Both the position numbers and the translations under genes were made by a program. A stretch of 64,000 nucleotides of DNA from Candidatus Vogelbacteria bacterium (GTDB taxonomy: Bacteria > Patescibacteriota > Minisyncoccia > Phycocordibacterales > XYD1-FULL-46-19). The stretch lies in contig CAIRHC010000009.1 of assembly GCA_903878275.1 (NCBI GenBank), positions 11,855 through 75,854 of the forward strand, in the 5' to 3' direction. Below are positions 7,679-17,604 of the stretch, in pieces (the stretch's first letter is position 1; each line of letters opens with the position of its first letter). The notes beneath the pieces are model-generated. The model saw only the letters and a program-made list of their open reading frames with translations. It was not told where the DNA came from and made no database searches.

Positions 7679-10603
7679 ATGGCTACCAAAGAATTTGATG
7701 AAGCTTACGGGCGGCTAAATAAAGCCCAAAAAGAGGCAGTGGACACGATTGACGGTCCAGTGATGGTCATTGCTGGTCCTGGGACGGGCAAGACCAACAT
7801 TTTGACCTTGCGGATTGCCAATATCATTAAACAGACCGACACGCCACCAAACGGCATTTTGGCGCTAACCTTTTCTGATTCTGGTCAAAAAGCGATGCGG
7901 TTGAAACTTCGCGAGATCGTCGGGAAGCGTGCGGACGAAGTCGGGGTTTTTACTTTTCACGGCTTTGCGGCGGCGATTATTGCTGAATTTCAGGATCATT
8001 TTCCGCACTTGTCGCGGACGAAGCAAATGACCGAAATTGAGGCGGAATCCTTTGTGCGAGAAATTTTGCGTGATAACAAATTTGCTAAACTACGACCAAT
8101 TGGCGAACTTGATTTTTATGTTGATAAAAGTATTAGAGCGATTAGCGATGCGGGTAAGGACGCGTGGACGCCAGAGATTGTTAAAAAATACGCGGAAGAA
8201 AGAATCGATTTAATCAATCACGATGAATCTTTTATCTCTTCGCGTGGGGCGACCAAGGGCAAATTAAAAGCGGAAGCGCTGAAAGAAATTGAAAAATGTG
8301 AGCGGACAATTTTATTTGCCGAAGTTTATGAGCTTTATGAAAAAAAGAAGCAAGCAGAAAAACGAATTGATTTTGATGATTTAATTTTTGAGTTATTGAG
8401 TGCACTTAATCACGACGAACTTTTACTTCGCTTGATTCAAGAAAAATATCTGTACATTTTGGTGGATGAACATCAAGATACCAACGATTCGCAAAATCAG
8501 ATTATTAAAAAAATTGCTGACTTCTTTGATAATCCGAATTTGTTTGTGGTGGGGGATGAAAAACAGGCGATCTATCGTTTTCAAGGGGCATCGGTGCAAA
8601 ACTTTTTACAATTTCAAAATATTTGGCCGGCGATGAAAGTCATCTCGCTGGAAGAAAATTATCGGTCGCCCCAAGGGATTTTGGATGCGAGTTTTTCGAT
8701 GGTGGAAAATAATTATGGCGAAGGTGAACATACCAATTTACGGATTAAATTAAAATCAGCAAAAAGTGATGAGCCCGAACCGGTCACGGTAGTAAAGGCG
8801 GGGAATACTGAAGCGGGTGAAGAATATTTAGTTTCTGAAATTAACGAAATCGTGGCTAAAGATAAAAAGGCGACAGTCGCGGTCATCGTTCGGAAAAATC
8901 GCGAAGTCGCCAAAATTTTAGCGCTTTTGGAAATGTCGGGCATTTCGGTTTCCGCCGAACGAGGCATTGATATTTTTGCTCATCCGATTGGGCGACTTTA
9001 TTTTTATTTATTGGATTTTTTGGCGGATTCGTCAAAGGTGGAATCTTTGGCACAGACTTTGGTTTATGGTTTGTGGAATTTAAACTTGGCAGATTCAACA
9101 GGGCTAATTAAAAAAATTCGCAGTGGTAACTTAGGTGAATTAGAAAAAGATTTGCCCGGTTTACTTGAACTAAAAAAAGAAATTACCAAAGCGGGGGCGA
9201 TTGAGTATCTGATTTTAATTGGGCAGATTTCTGGTTTTACTAAACTAGTTTCAGGCAGTCCGGTTTCGACCGAAGTTTGGCGGTCGATTGTCGCAATGGC
9301 TAGCGATTTGGCAGAAAATAAAATGATTCAAGATCCGCGTGAATTGATTGCGGAATTATTGTCTTATCAAAAAACCGCCGAGAAAAAAAATCTAAAAATT
9401 TACGCTGGGACATCTAATGCTCAAGTGCGGATTATGACCGCCCACGGTTCGAAAGGTTTGGAGTATGATTATGTTTTTTTGCCTTACTGTACCGAGGAAT
9501 CGTGGATGTCTAAAAATCGTGGATCGTACTTTGTTTTTCCGCGCGAAAAAGAAACCGGCGATGAAATTCGCGATGCTCGCCGGCTTTTTTATGTAGCGCT
9601 AACGCGAGCCAAAAAACAAGTGACGTTAATTTCGGAAGCTGTCGATGGTTTGGGTAAAGTTTTGACGCCCCTGCGTTTTATTTCGGAGCTTGATCAAGAA
9701 AATATTGCTCGCGTAGAATTGCCGGCATCTTTGGGTGCGAAGATAAAAGAGTCGCCGGTTTCATCGGAAATTAAAAGGCGATTGGAATTTGTGGAATATG
9801 CTAAAAATTCTCTTTTAAACAATGGCTTGTCGGTGACAGCGCTCAATCATTTTTGTCAGTGCCCCAGCCAATTTTTATTTAAAAGTATTTTGAAATTGCC
9901 AGAACCACCGGCTGGCAGTGCCGAAAAAGGTAATGCGATGCACGAGGCACTCGCTTCGGTTTGGGCTTTGGTTGATAAAAACGAAAATAATATTGCTGAA
10001 ACTATCGAACAGGTAGTCCGTAATTACTTTTATCGTTCGCTGTTGCCGGCTCACGAAAAAGCTACGATTGTGGACAAACTTTTGCTTGATGCCCCAAAAG
10101 TGGCTTCGGCACTGTCGTCTCATTTTCAACAAAGCGGAAAAGTCTGGGCGGAAAAATGGACGGAAACTTATTTAACTGGAAACTATGATGGCAAATCAGT
10201 TGAAATTCGACTTCATGGAAAATTGGATGCGGTGATTGAAATGCCGGCTAAAGTTTTGGTTTATGATTACAAAACAAAAAAGGCGATGGGTGCCAAAGAG
10301 ATTAAGGGTGAAACAAAAAATAGTGACGGAGCTTATTTCCGACAACTTATATTTTACAAAATTTTATTGGCAAAAAATTTATCCTATCAAGGCAAAGTGA
10401 TTGAACCAGCTTTAGTCTTTGTGGAACCGGACGATAAAGGTCGTTGTCCGACCATAATGGTGGAGATTGAAAAAACTGATACCGATCGAGTAAAAACTGA
10501 AATTCAAAAATTGATTGATGGCGTTTGGTCCGGACAGATTTTTTCCAAAACTTGCGGTGAACCAAAGTGTGAATTTTGTCGGATGATGGAAACTATAAAT
10601 TAA
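7679..10603 (+). CDS. UvrD/PcrA-family SF1 helicase fused to a C-terminal PD-(D/E)XK (RecB/AddB-type, Cys-cluster) nuclease domain
   Basis: 974 aa. Walker A 'AGPGTGKTN', a UvrD-like 'VDEHQDTN' motif II, 'YRSPQ' and 'TAHGSKGLEYDYVFLP'. The C-terminal 'VYDYKTKK...CGEPKCEFC' is a nuclease core plus Cys cluster. Confidence 0.75.
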   Translation: MATKEFDEAYGRLNKAQKEAVDTIDGPVMVIAGPGTGKTNILTLRIANIIKQTDTPPNGILALTFSDSGQKAMRLKLREIVGKRADEVGVFTFHGFAAAIIAEFQDHFPHLSRTKQMTEIEAESFVREILRDNKFAKLRPIGELDFYVDKSIRAISDAGKDAWTPEIVKKYAEERIDLINHDESFISSRGATKGKLKAEALKEIEKCERTILFAEVYELYEKKKQAEKRIDFDDLIFELLSALNHDELLLRLIQEKYLYILVDEHQDTNDSQNQIIKKIADFFDNPNLFVVGDEKQAIYRFQGASVQNFLQFQNIWPAMKVISLEENYRSPQGILDASFSMVENNYGEGEHTNLRIKLKSAKSDEPEPVTVVKAGNTEAGEEYLVSEINEIVAKDKKATVAVIVRKNREVAKILALLEMSGISVSAERGIDIFAHPIGRLYFYLLDFLADSSKVESLAQTLVYGLWNLNLADSTGLIKKIRSGNLGELEKDLPGLLELKKEITKAGAIEYLILIGQISGFTKLVSGSPVSTEVWRSIVAMASDLAENKMIQDPRELIAELLSYQKTAEKKNLKIYAGTSNAQVRIMTAHGSKGLEYDYVFLPYCTEESWMSKNRGSYFVFPREKETGDEIRDARRLFYVALTRAKKQVTLISEAVDGLGKVLTPLRFISELDQENIARVELPASLGAKIKESPVSSEIKRRLEFVEYAKNSLLNNGLSVTALNHFCQCPSQFLFKSILKLPEPPAGSAEKGNAMHEALASVWALVDKNENNIAETIEQVVRNYFYRSLLPAHEKATIVDKLLLDAPKVASALSSHFQQSGKVWAEKWTETYLTGNYDGKSVEIRLHGKLDAVIEMPAKVLVYDYKTKKAMGAKEIKGETKNSDGAYFRQLIFYKILLAKNLSYQGKVIEPALVFVEPDDKGRCPTIMVEIEKTDTDRVKTEIQKLIDGVWSGQIFSKTCGEPKCEFCRMMETIN

Positions 10604-10618
10604 ATTTAAATAGTAAAA

Positions 10619-10647
10619 CCGGCAAGTCGAATGTTTCGACTTGCCGG
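10619..10647. terminator. Bidirectional terminator hairpin ccggcaagtcgaa-atgt-ttcgacttgccgg between convergent genes (T-run on the minus strand)
   Basis: 13-bp stem read directly, flanked by AAAA on the plus strand (TTTT on the minus strand). Confidence 0.5.
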
Positions 10648-10665
10648 TTAATTGTTGTCCGCGTC

Positions 10666-10977
10666 TTAGGCGGGGATGGGTGAGCGCTGTCTCAATGTTT
10701 CTATTTCCTTGCTAATGCTATTTGTCCACTTGTCAGCATCGCGGATTATCTCGACCTCGCCGATCAAGCTGTCGTCGTCGCCTTTTTCCCAGGCGTCGTG
10801 AATGCAGGCGACCAGACTGTTGAATACTGGAAATAGTTCTGCCCAGTGATTTTTAATACTGGCGACCTCCTCACTATACCAGTGAGCGATCATAAAACTT
10901 ACTTCTGGGCTCAATTCTAGCTCTTGTAAGCGGTCGGCTAGACCATTGTTGTGGTTAATCTCAAATAGCGGTGACAT
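10666..10977 (-). CDS. Hypothetical protein (103 aa)
   Basis: ORF only. Confidence 0.35.
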   Translation of the reverse strand: MSPLFEINHNNGLADRLQELELSPEVSFMIAHWYSEEVASIKNHWAELFPVFNSLVACIHDAWEKGDDDSLIGEVEIIRDADKWTNSISKEIETLRQRSPIPA

Positions 10978-11070
10978 AAAACTCTCCTTCTTTTTGGCTG
11001 CGATCTAAACAAAAAAACTACTCTGAACCAATCATAGGGTATTCAAAAAAATTTTGCAAAAGCGAAGAGT

Positions 11071-12243
11071 CTATTTGGTATCAATGAGTTGCCAAGCGTA
11101 TTTTACACCTAAAAGTGTGAATAATCCGAGAACAAGAAAAATGTATTTAAAATCAAAAAACACGAGCATCAGGGAAGCAAAAATTGGTCCAAGTAGGTAA
11201 GATAGAGGATTGTTGATTCGTGACAAAGAAATAATGTCGGTATCTTTGCCGGAGATTTTCTTGAATAAATAAGCTTCTTTCATAATCTCAATTGAAGCGG
11301 CACCGGTGCGATTTAAAAAGAGAAGAAAAGCCCAGACTTGCCAATTTAAGGAATTTAAAAATGTGGCAATAATCGTCGAACCGCCAGCGATAATAAATCC
11401 TAAAACAAGCAACTCTTTTTCGCCGAGCCACTTATCGGCAATTTTGCCAAGTGGCAACTGGAACAAAACAAACGGCAAAAGCATAATGGTGAAGGTAATC
11501 CCAATCTCTTGCCAAGTCAGGCCAATATGATTGTAAAGATAGAGCGGTAAATAGACGACCATCACGGCATAAAAGAAATTTAAGAAAAAATCAACGACTA
11601 AAATATTGTAAATGTTTTTGGTTTTATTTTTTCGTCCAGTATAAAGTTTTTTTAGAGCTTGCCAAATGTTTTGGGGTTTTCGATTGGTGCGGGTTTTTTC
11701 GGTTAGAAAGACCGAGGTGAGAGTGATGAGAGGTAAAAGGGTAAAGCCAGCAACACAATAAACAATCCAAATGTTACCGCCAGCAACAAAGAAGCTTGCA
11801 AGTAAAGGTGAGATTAGCCAAGCCGTGTTGTAGAAAGTAAGATATAAACCACGAATCGAGCCGGTGTTGTGGTCATCAGAAATATTTTCTAAATAAATAT
11901 CGAGTAGGTGACGGATATTAAAACTTAAAGAATAGTAGATAATGAAAAAGAGTAAAACAAAGGGAGTGTCTCTGGTGAGAATCAGACCAATCAAAGAAAA
12001 AATGCTGATCAGAGCAGAAAGTGTAATTAGTTTTAAATTTCCAAAATAGTTTAATAGTTTGATCGTATAAAATATCAGTAAAATTGTCAGTAGGGAACTG
12101 ATACCGTAGATTAAGCCAATCCCCTTTTCGCCGACAAAATTTTTCAACAATGAAGAGTTGATATAGGAAGGGAAAGAGACCGAGATGGTCATAAATAGGA
12201 TGCTGAAATAAGTAAGTGTGCGCAAACAATGATTAGATTTCAT
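11071..12243 (-). CDS. MFS-type transporter (12 predicted TM segments)
   Basis: 390 aa, highly hydrophobic, with a 6+6 TM layout and a central loop 'TEKTRTNRKPQNIWQALKKLYTGRKNK'. Confidence 0.55.
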   Translation of the reverse strand: MKSNHCLRTLTYFSILFMTISVSFPSYINSSLLKNFVGEKGIGLIYGISSLLTILLIFYTIKLLNYFGNLKLITLSALISIFSLIGLILTRDTPFVLLFFIIYYSLSFNIRHLLDIYLENISDDHNTGSIRGLYLTFYNTAWLISPLLASFFVAGGNIWIVYCVAGFTLLPLITLTSVFLTEKTRTNRKPQNIWQALKKLYTGRKNKTKNIYNILVVDFFLNFFYAVMVVYLPLYLYNHIGLTWQEIGITFTIMLLPFVLFQLPLGKIADKWLGEKELLVLGFIIAGGSTIIATFLNSLNWQVWAFLLFLNRTGAASIEIMKEAYLFKKISGKDTDIISLSRINNPLSYLLGPIFASLMLVFFDFKYIFLVLGLFTLLGVKYAWQLIDTK

Positions 12244-12289
12244 TGCCTAAATTATATCACAAGAAAAAAAATTTAAAGTGTATAACTAA

Positions 12290-12330
12290 TTAAACCGCCC
12301 GAATTTTTTTAAAAAATTCGGGCGGTTTAA
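12290..12330. terminator. Long palindrome ttaaaccgcccgaattttttt/aaaaaattcgggcggtttaa between two minus-strand genes
   Basis: Perfect inverted repeat, read directly. Confidence 0.5.
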
Positions 12331-12351
12331 TTAAGCCAAGTGAAACCTGTG

Positions 12352-13155
12352 TCAAGTTATTTTCTTAAAATTATTTTTGGAAACAACAGAATGACCTAAT
12401 TCTTTTTCCAATTCTTTTCGGGCGTTACCAGCTACTCTTCCGCCTCGATTGGCGTCAGACTTTAATTTTGGTATACCCCTTGAATTTTCTGTCCGATGGA
12501 TTTCAGTGGTCGAGCGTTCGCCGAGCATATTAAAGATTAGTTCAAAATCATCCATATGATCACGTAAATTTTGTCGTTTTAAACCTTTTAATTTTTTGTA
12601 TTCGGCGGGTGTCACCCCAAAAGTGGCTTTGGAGATTTCGGCGGTTAGGATTTCATAATCTCTTTTTTCCATGGCGCCTCGTTTTTGCCATTCATCAGTC
12701 AATTCTTCCCGAATGGCTATACCGCGCATTCGTTTTTCAATCCAACTGTCAGAGTAACCTTTGAGTTTGTAGAGAATTCTAGTCCGTTTCGTCGCCAATT
12801 CTGGGTCTTCAATTTCTTGCACTCGCTCGTAGCCCACTTTGGCCAGCCAGCGCTTGAGTGGTTCGGCTTTTGGCGAGGGGACAGACTGGACAATTCTGAA
12901 CATTCCCTCGGTATTAGCACAAAGCATTTTTTGCTTACCACCTCCTGTTGGTACTTCAAGGGTATGTACAATTTGTACCCACCCTTTATCAAGTTCTGGG
13001 TCGCGTTGTTTCATCCGCTGAATATATTGTTTGGGATTGCTTGATTCGATAAGTGCCAAAACAACATCTTCCACCACAAACCACCACTCATTATTATGAA
13101 GTGTTTTCCTGATCTCTCGACCTTTGAAAATCGCAATTCTCATTTTAATTTCCAC
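12352..13155 (-). CDS. Bro-N domain protein (phage antirepressor / DNA-damage-inducible protein D-like)
   Basis: N-terminal 'IAIFKGREIRKTLHNNEWWFVVEDVVLALIES' matches the Bro-N fold signature. Basic C-terminus. Confidence 0.55.
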   Translation of the reverse strand: MEIKMRIAIFKGREIRKTLHNNEWWFVVEDVVLALIESSNPKQYIQRMKQRDPELDKGWVQIVHTLEVPTGGGKQKMLCANTEGMFRIVQSVPSPKAEPLKRWLAKVGYERVQEIEDPELATKRTRILYKLKGYSDSWIEKRMRGIAIREELTDEWQKRGAMEKRDYEILTAEISKATFGVTPAEYKKLKGLKRQNLRDHMDDFELIFNMLGERSTTEIHRTENSRGIPKLKSDANRGGRVAGNARKELEKELGHSVVSKNNFKKIT

Positions 13156-13200
13156 TTATTTATTTTACTTTAATTTGATAAAAAGCAAAAGCAAAATTTT

Positions 13201-13221
13201 TATCGAAGTTCGACTTCGATA
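13201..13221. promoter_or_regulatory. Palindromic candidate operator tatcgaagt-tcg-acttcgata in the divergent promoter region
   Basis: 9-bp perfect inverted repeat with a 3-nt spacer, 46 nt upstream of the Bro-N start codon on the opposite strand. Confidence 0.35.
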
Positions 13222-13289
13222 GGCTTCGATATTTCTTGGAAAAAAGTGGATAAAATCACTCAAAACTTATCCACTTGCTAATTTGCCTC

Positions 13290-13300
13290 GGGGGGGGGGG
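13290..13300. repeat. Homopolymeric G11 tract immediately upstream of a TATTAT -10-like hexamer
   Basis: Read directly: cg-ggggggggggg-tattattggggg. Confidence 0.9.
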
Positions 13301-13335
13301 TATTATTGGGGGATTAGAAATTAATTATAAAAAAT

Positions 13336-13659
13336 ATGCTAGAAGAAAATTTGTCAAAATTAAATAGCGGTGAGAAAAAAGAAAAAACTCGTGACGAGAT
13401 GGCGGACGAACTGTTGAGTGAAGTATCTTCATTGGGAAAAACAGTACCGATTGAATATGAAATTGATGAAGCTGTCGAACAGTTAAGATATTATAAATCT
13501 CGATATAATCAGGTCGCTAATACAAGCTCAGAAAATAGACAAGCTTTTTCCTTGATGGCTACAGATAGTCTTTATCATGAGGCTTTATTTAAATTGGAAG
13601 GTCTTGTCGAACAGCTTAAGAAAACTATTGAAGAAAAAAAGGAAGCTAAAAAAATATAA
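13336..13659 (+). CDS. Hypothetical coiled-coil protein (107 aa)
   Basis: ORF only. Confidence 0.4.
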   Translation: MLEENLSKLNSGEKKEKTRDEMADELLSEVSSLGKTVPIEYEIDEAVEQLRYYKSRYNQVANTSSENRQAFSLMATDSLYHEALFKLEGLVEQLKKTIEEKKEAKKI

Positions 13660-13664
13660 AAAAG

Positions 13665-13688
13665 GTGGGGGAGCTAGGCTCCCCCACC
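13665..13688. terminator. Bidirectional terminator ggtgggggagc-tagg-ctcccccacc, flanked by an A-run and a T-run
   Basis: Read directly; lies between convergent genes. Confidence 0.6.
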
Positions 13689-13692
13689 TTTT

Positions 13693-15729
13693 TTATACTT
13701 CAATCAACACCGGTAAAATTATCGGACGCTTGTGAGTTTTCTGAAATAAATATTTACCTAATTCTTCGCGGACATTATTTTTAACATAATCAAGATTAAT
13801 CGGGTGCATTCTGGCGGTGGATTCCTCAATCGTCTTTTTTGTCAGCAGTCGGACGTAACGTAAAAGATCTTGAGATTCTTTTAGATAAACGAAACCGCGA
13901 GAAATAATATCTGGTGATTTTCGGACTTTGCCGGTTTTCATATCGATGATGGCAATGAACACAAACATTCCATCTTGGGCAAGCATTTGACGATCGCGAA
14001 TGACGACTTCTTGGACATTACCGGTACCGAGACCGTCCACCATCACCAGTTTGGCTGGCGCCATCTTTTTCAGCATTGTAATTTTGTTACCACTGTCGGA
14101 AATTTCGATAATTGAGCCATCGTCTGGCACCACAATATTTTTTTCGGGAATACCGTTTTCTTCGGCTAGGTCAGCGTGAACGCGTAACAAATAATGATTA
14201 CCGTGAGCGGGCATAAAAAATTTCGGTTTAATCATTTGCTGGATCCAGGATAATTCGCCTTGATAAGCGTGACCAGACGAGTGGACATCGGCAATGCCGT
14301 AATGAAGAATTTTGGCGCCTTGCCGAGCGAGATTATCTTTTAATTTTTGTACCGCGACTTCGTTGCCTGGAATGACCGAAGAAGAAAGCAAGATCGTGTC
14401 GCCTTTTTTTAATTTAACCAAGCGATGTTCTTTTTGAGAAATACGCATTAAAGCGGCGTATTCGTCACCTTGGGCACCGGTCGCCAAAACGACAATTTTA
14501 TTTTCTGGATAATTACTCATTTCTTCAGATGGAATAAAAGTATTTTTGTTGACTTTCAAATAGCCAAGCTCTTTGGCAATCTCGATATTAGTTTTCATTG
14601 CGCGACCTTCGATCGCGACTTTCTTGCCAAGCTCTTCACAGGCTTCAATGATCGCGATGATGCGTTCAAAAAGAGAAGCAAAAGTGCCGATAATTACGCG
14701 ACCGGGGACGTTGGCAATAATCGTTTTCAAATTTTGTTGGACTTCTTTTTCTGAAAAGGAAAAACCAACTTTCCAGACATTGGTCGATTCGGCAATTAAC
14801 AGAAGGTTTTTTTCGGCACCAAGTTTTTTGTAGATAACAGTTTCTTTTTCTTGAATGACGCCCTTGTCGTGTTCGAGTTTTAAGTCGCCAGTGACGATGA
14901 TGTTGCCGTAAATGGTTTCAATAATAATGCCGATTGAATCAGGGATGGTATGAGTGGTGGCAAAAAAGCGAATTCGTAAATTGCCTAATCGCAAAGTATC
15001 TTTTGGTTCAACGACTTGGATATCTAATTTTGCCAAATGCGGAAATTCTTCTTGTCGTTTTTTAATCATCACCGCAGTAAGTAGGCTGGTGTAAATCGGT
15101 GGGTTGCCAATTTTTGCCATCAAATAAGGAATACCGCCGATATGATCCAAGTGCCCGTGAGTGACGACCAATGCTTTTATTTTGTGTTTACGTTGTTCGA
15201 GATGTTCAGTATCGGGAATAATATAATCAACACCTGGAGCGTCTTCGCCCGGAAAAAGGAAACCAGCATCGACAACAATAATATCGTTGCCAATTTCGAT
15301 GACCGTCATATTTTTGCCAATTTCTTCCACACCACCAAGCGGAATAATTCGAATATTGCCCGGCGCAAGCTCGGGAATTTTTTCTTTCGCTTTTGGTTTA
15401 TCGCCAGTCTCGTCGTTGTCTCGGTCGGTGGCAATTTTTGTCTGATGATGAATCGCCGGTCTTTTTAGATTCAAATTAAATTTAGTTCCAGCTGGCGGTT
15501 TGTGATTCGGAGTTGCGGTCGTGGTTGTCGCCGTTTGATTTTGATTTACATTGGGCGGGCGATTTTGCGGGAAAGGTTTATTGTTTGGACGATTAAACGG
15601 CCGATTGTTTGGTCGGTGCGAGCTATTACTATTAAATGAATTGGTGGTATTTGCCTCCGGTCTTTTTTGACCGGTAAAAGTTTCGACATTACCATTACTA
15701 TCCACACGGATTCTTTTTACTGGATTCAT
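13693..15729 (-). CDS. rnj: Ribonuclease J (metallo-beta-lactamase / beta-CASP) with a ~190-aa low-complexity N-terminal extension
   Basis: 'VVTHGHLDHIGGIPYL' and 'HSSGHA' motifs, plus a beta-CASP region. The N-terminus is N/P/T/Q-rich ('NRPFNRPNNKPFPQNRPPNVNQNQTATTTTATPNHKPP'). Confidence 0.85.
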   Translation of the reverse strand: MNPVKRIRVDSNGNVETFTGQKRPEANTTNSFNSNSSHRPNNRPFNRPNNKPFPQNRPPNVNQNQTATTTTATPNHKPPAGTKFNLNLKRPAIHHQTKIATDRDNDETGDKPKAKEKIPELAPGNIRIIPLGGVEEIGKNMTVIEIGNDIIVVDAGFLFPGEDAPGVDYIIPDTEHLEQRKHKIKALVVTHGHLDHIGGIPYLMAKIGNPPIYTSLLTAVMIKKRQEEFPHLAKLDIQVVEPKDTLRLGNLRIRFFATTHTIPDSIGIIIETIYGNIIVTGDLKLEHDKGVIQEKETVIYKKLGAEKNLLLIAESTNVWKVGFSFSEKEVQQNLKTIIANVPGRVIIGTFASLFERIIAIIEACEELGKKVAIEGRAMKTNIEIAKELGYLKVNKNTFIPSEEMSNYPENKIVVLATGAQGDEYAALMRISQKEHRLVKLKKGDTILLSSSVIPGNEVAVQKLKDNLARQGAKILHYGIADVHSSGHAYQGELSWIQQMIKPKFFMPAHGNHYLLRVHADLAEENGIPEKNIVVPDDGSIIEISDSGNKITMLKKMAPAKLVMVDGLGTGNVQEVVIRDRQMLAQDGMFVFIAIIDMKTGKVRKSPDIISRGFVYLKESQDLLRYVRLLTKKTIEESTARMHPINLDYVKNNVREELGKYLFQKTHKRPIILPVLIEV

Positions 15730-15769
15730 ATTTAAAATTAGAGATTAATAAAATTATTTTTTAGCAAAT

Positions 15770-17527
15770 TTAGTGAGCGAAAATTTTCCAAACACGGTCG
15801 GTATAAATATACCAGTCGTAAACATCAGAAAATCTTTCAGCGGGATTGGTAACGACTGATAAGTTGGCGCCGTTAATTTTTTCCGGCAAAGTGTAAAGGA
15901 AATAAGGTGAATAAAGGAAAACGGCGGGAATATCATTGGCGATTTCTTGATTGAAAAGTTTGTATTTTTCTTGGCGAGTTTCGGGATCAGAAATAGTGCG
16001 AGTATCTTCTAATAATTTGTCAGCTTTGGTGTTGGCATAGAGAGCAATATTCAAACCGGGATCAAGTCTTTGTGATGAATGCCAAAAAGGAAACGGGTCT
16101 GTATCGCGTCCCATAATTTCACCAAAAAGCAAAGCTTCATATTTTCGCGGGCGAATAATTTCTTGATTTAAGTCACCTGGTTCGTAGACTTTTACTTCGA
16201 TGCTGATACCGATTCTTGCTAAATCAGCTTTGATGAGCTCGGCGGCAGATTTTAATTCTGGAATATTGGCGGTCGAGAGAGTGAAAGTTAAAATTTGACT
16301 ACCGGTTTTGACCGTCTCGGTTTTTTTGGTTTTAGTATTTTTGACACTCTTGGTCAAAGTTTTTTCCATTATGCTGTTGCCGTTTTCGCGCCAACCATCG
16401 GCGACCAAAAGATCGCGAGCTTTGGTCGGGTTAAAACTAGCATTAGCATTTTCGCTTTCGCCGATAACGAGTGGTGGTGAGACGCCGTCGATGGTCTGAC
16501 CATAACCGCCAAGAACTTGATCAACAATTGCTTTTTTATCTATCGCTAAATCAATTGCTTGGCGGACGGTTTTGTCGACAAAAATTTGATTGTGACCAGA
16601 ATTAAAGAAAAGGGCAAAGGTCCGAGGCATCGGTGATTTAATAACTTTTTTACCATCTTTTTCTAGTTTGTTGGCGAGTTGTGGTGATAATGCACTCAAG
16701 CTTTCAACTTGACCAGAACCATAGGCTTTCGCCAATTCAACATCGTTGGCAAAAAATTTAATAATCAAATCTTTTATTTTTGGTTCGCCTAGCGTGAAAC
16801 TGGTAAAGGGTTTTAGGTTGTAGCTTTGGGCAATACCCGAAGAATCTTTGTTTATGTTATCGACAACAAACGGACCAGAACCAACCGGCTTGATATTTAA
16901 ATCATTAAGTGGAAAATTTTCTGGTGTGACTTTTCCCCAAAGATGTTTTGGCATTATACCGAGGGTCGTATTTTCCAAAAAAGAGCCGTAAGGTTTTTTC
17001 AAAACAAACTCAAGATTTAAATCATCTGTTTTTTTAACCACAACACCGTTCCAGTTGGCGCGCTTGGCACTTTTGATTGCCGGGTCTTGAGCTTGATTTA
17101 TCGTGTAAACAATGTCATCGGCGGTGATAGCTTGTCCATCTTGCCAGGTCAAACCAGTTTTTAATTTAAAAGAATAAGTGAGCCCGTCGTCGGAAATAGC
17201 ATAACTTTCGGCAAGGTCGGGAATAAGGGTGCCGTTTTTGCCGATACGCATCAAGCCGGAATAAGTGAGAGCGGTCAGGTCGCGGTCGGCATCGGAAATA
17301 GCCAGTAGCGGATTGATAAAACGCGGCGAGCCGATAATACCTTCCTGAAGAGAACCACCAATAACTGGAATATTGATCATCAGCTTGGCATTAACTTTCC
17401 AAAAAATAGCAAAAGTGCTCAAAGCAAAAACAACGAGTAATACCAAAAAAATAGTTTTTTGCTTACTTGAAAAAGACTCAAAAGCAAAGCCGGTTTCTTT
17501 GAACGAAGGAATTTTAAAACGAGACAT
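15770..17527 (-). CDS. ABC transporter substrate-binding protein, family 5 (oligopeptide/nickel-type), with an N-terminal TM anchor
   Basis: 585 aa. N-terminal hydrophobic anchor, then an SBP_bac_5-like architecture with 'ADGWRENGNSIMEK' and 'YSPYFLYTLPEKINGAN' blocks. Confidence 0.65.
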   Translation of the reverse strand: MSRFKIPSFKETGFAFESFSSKQKTIFLVLLVVFALSTFAIFWKVNAKLMINIPVIGGSLQEGIIGSPRFINPLLAISDADRDLTALTYSGLMRIGKNGTLIPDLAESYAISDDGLTYSFKLKTGLTWQDGQAITADDIVYTINQAQDPAIKSAKRANWNGVVVKKTDDLNLEFVLKKPYGSFLENTTLGIMPKHLWGKVTPENFPLNDLNIKPVGSGPFVVDNINKDSSGIAQSYNLKPFTSFTLGEPKIKDLIIKFFANDVELAKAYGSGQVESLSALSPQLANKLEKDGKKVIKSPMPRTFALFFNSGHNQIFVDKTVRQAIDLAIDKKAIVDQVLGGYGQTIDGVSPPLVIGESENANASFNPTKARDLLVADGWRENGNSIMEKTLTKSVKNTKTKKTETVKTGSQILTFTLSTANIPELKSAAELIKADLARIGISIEVKVYEPGDLNQEIIRPRKYEALLFGEIMGRDTDPFPFWHSSQRLDPGLNIALYANTKADKLLEDTRTISDPETRQEKYKLFNQEIANDIPAVFLYSPYFLYTLPEKINGANLSVVTNPAERFSDVYDWYIYTDRVWKIFAH

Positions 17528-17604
17528 GTTTCAAATTAAAAAATTAAATATCAAAATGTAAAATGACAAATCAAAAATTAAGAATAGAAAATACTTTTTA
17601 CGAT

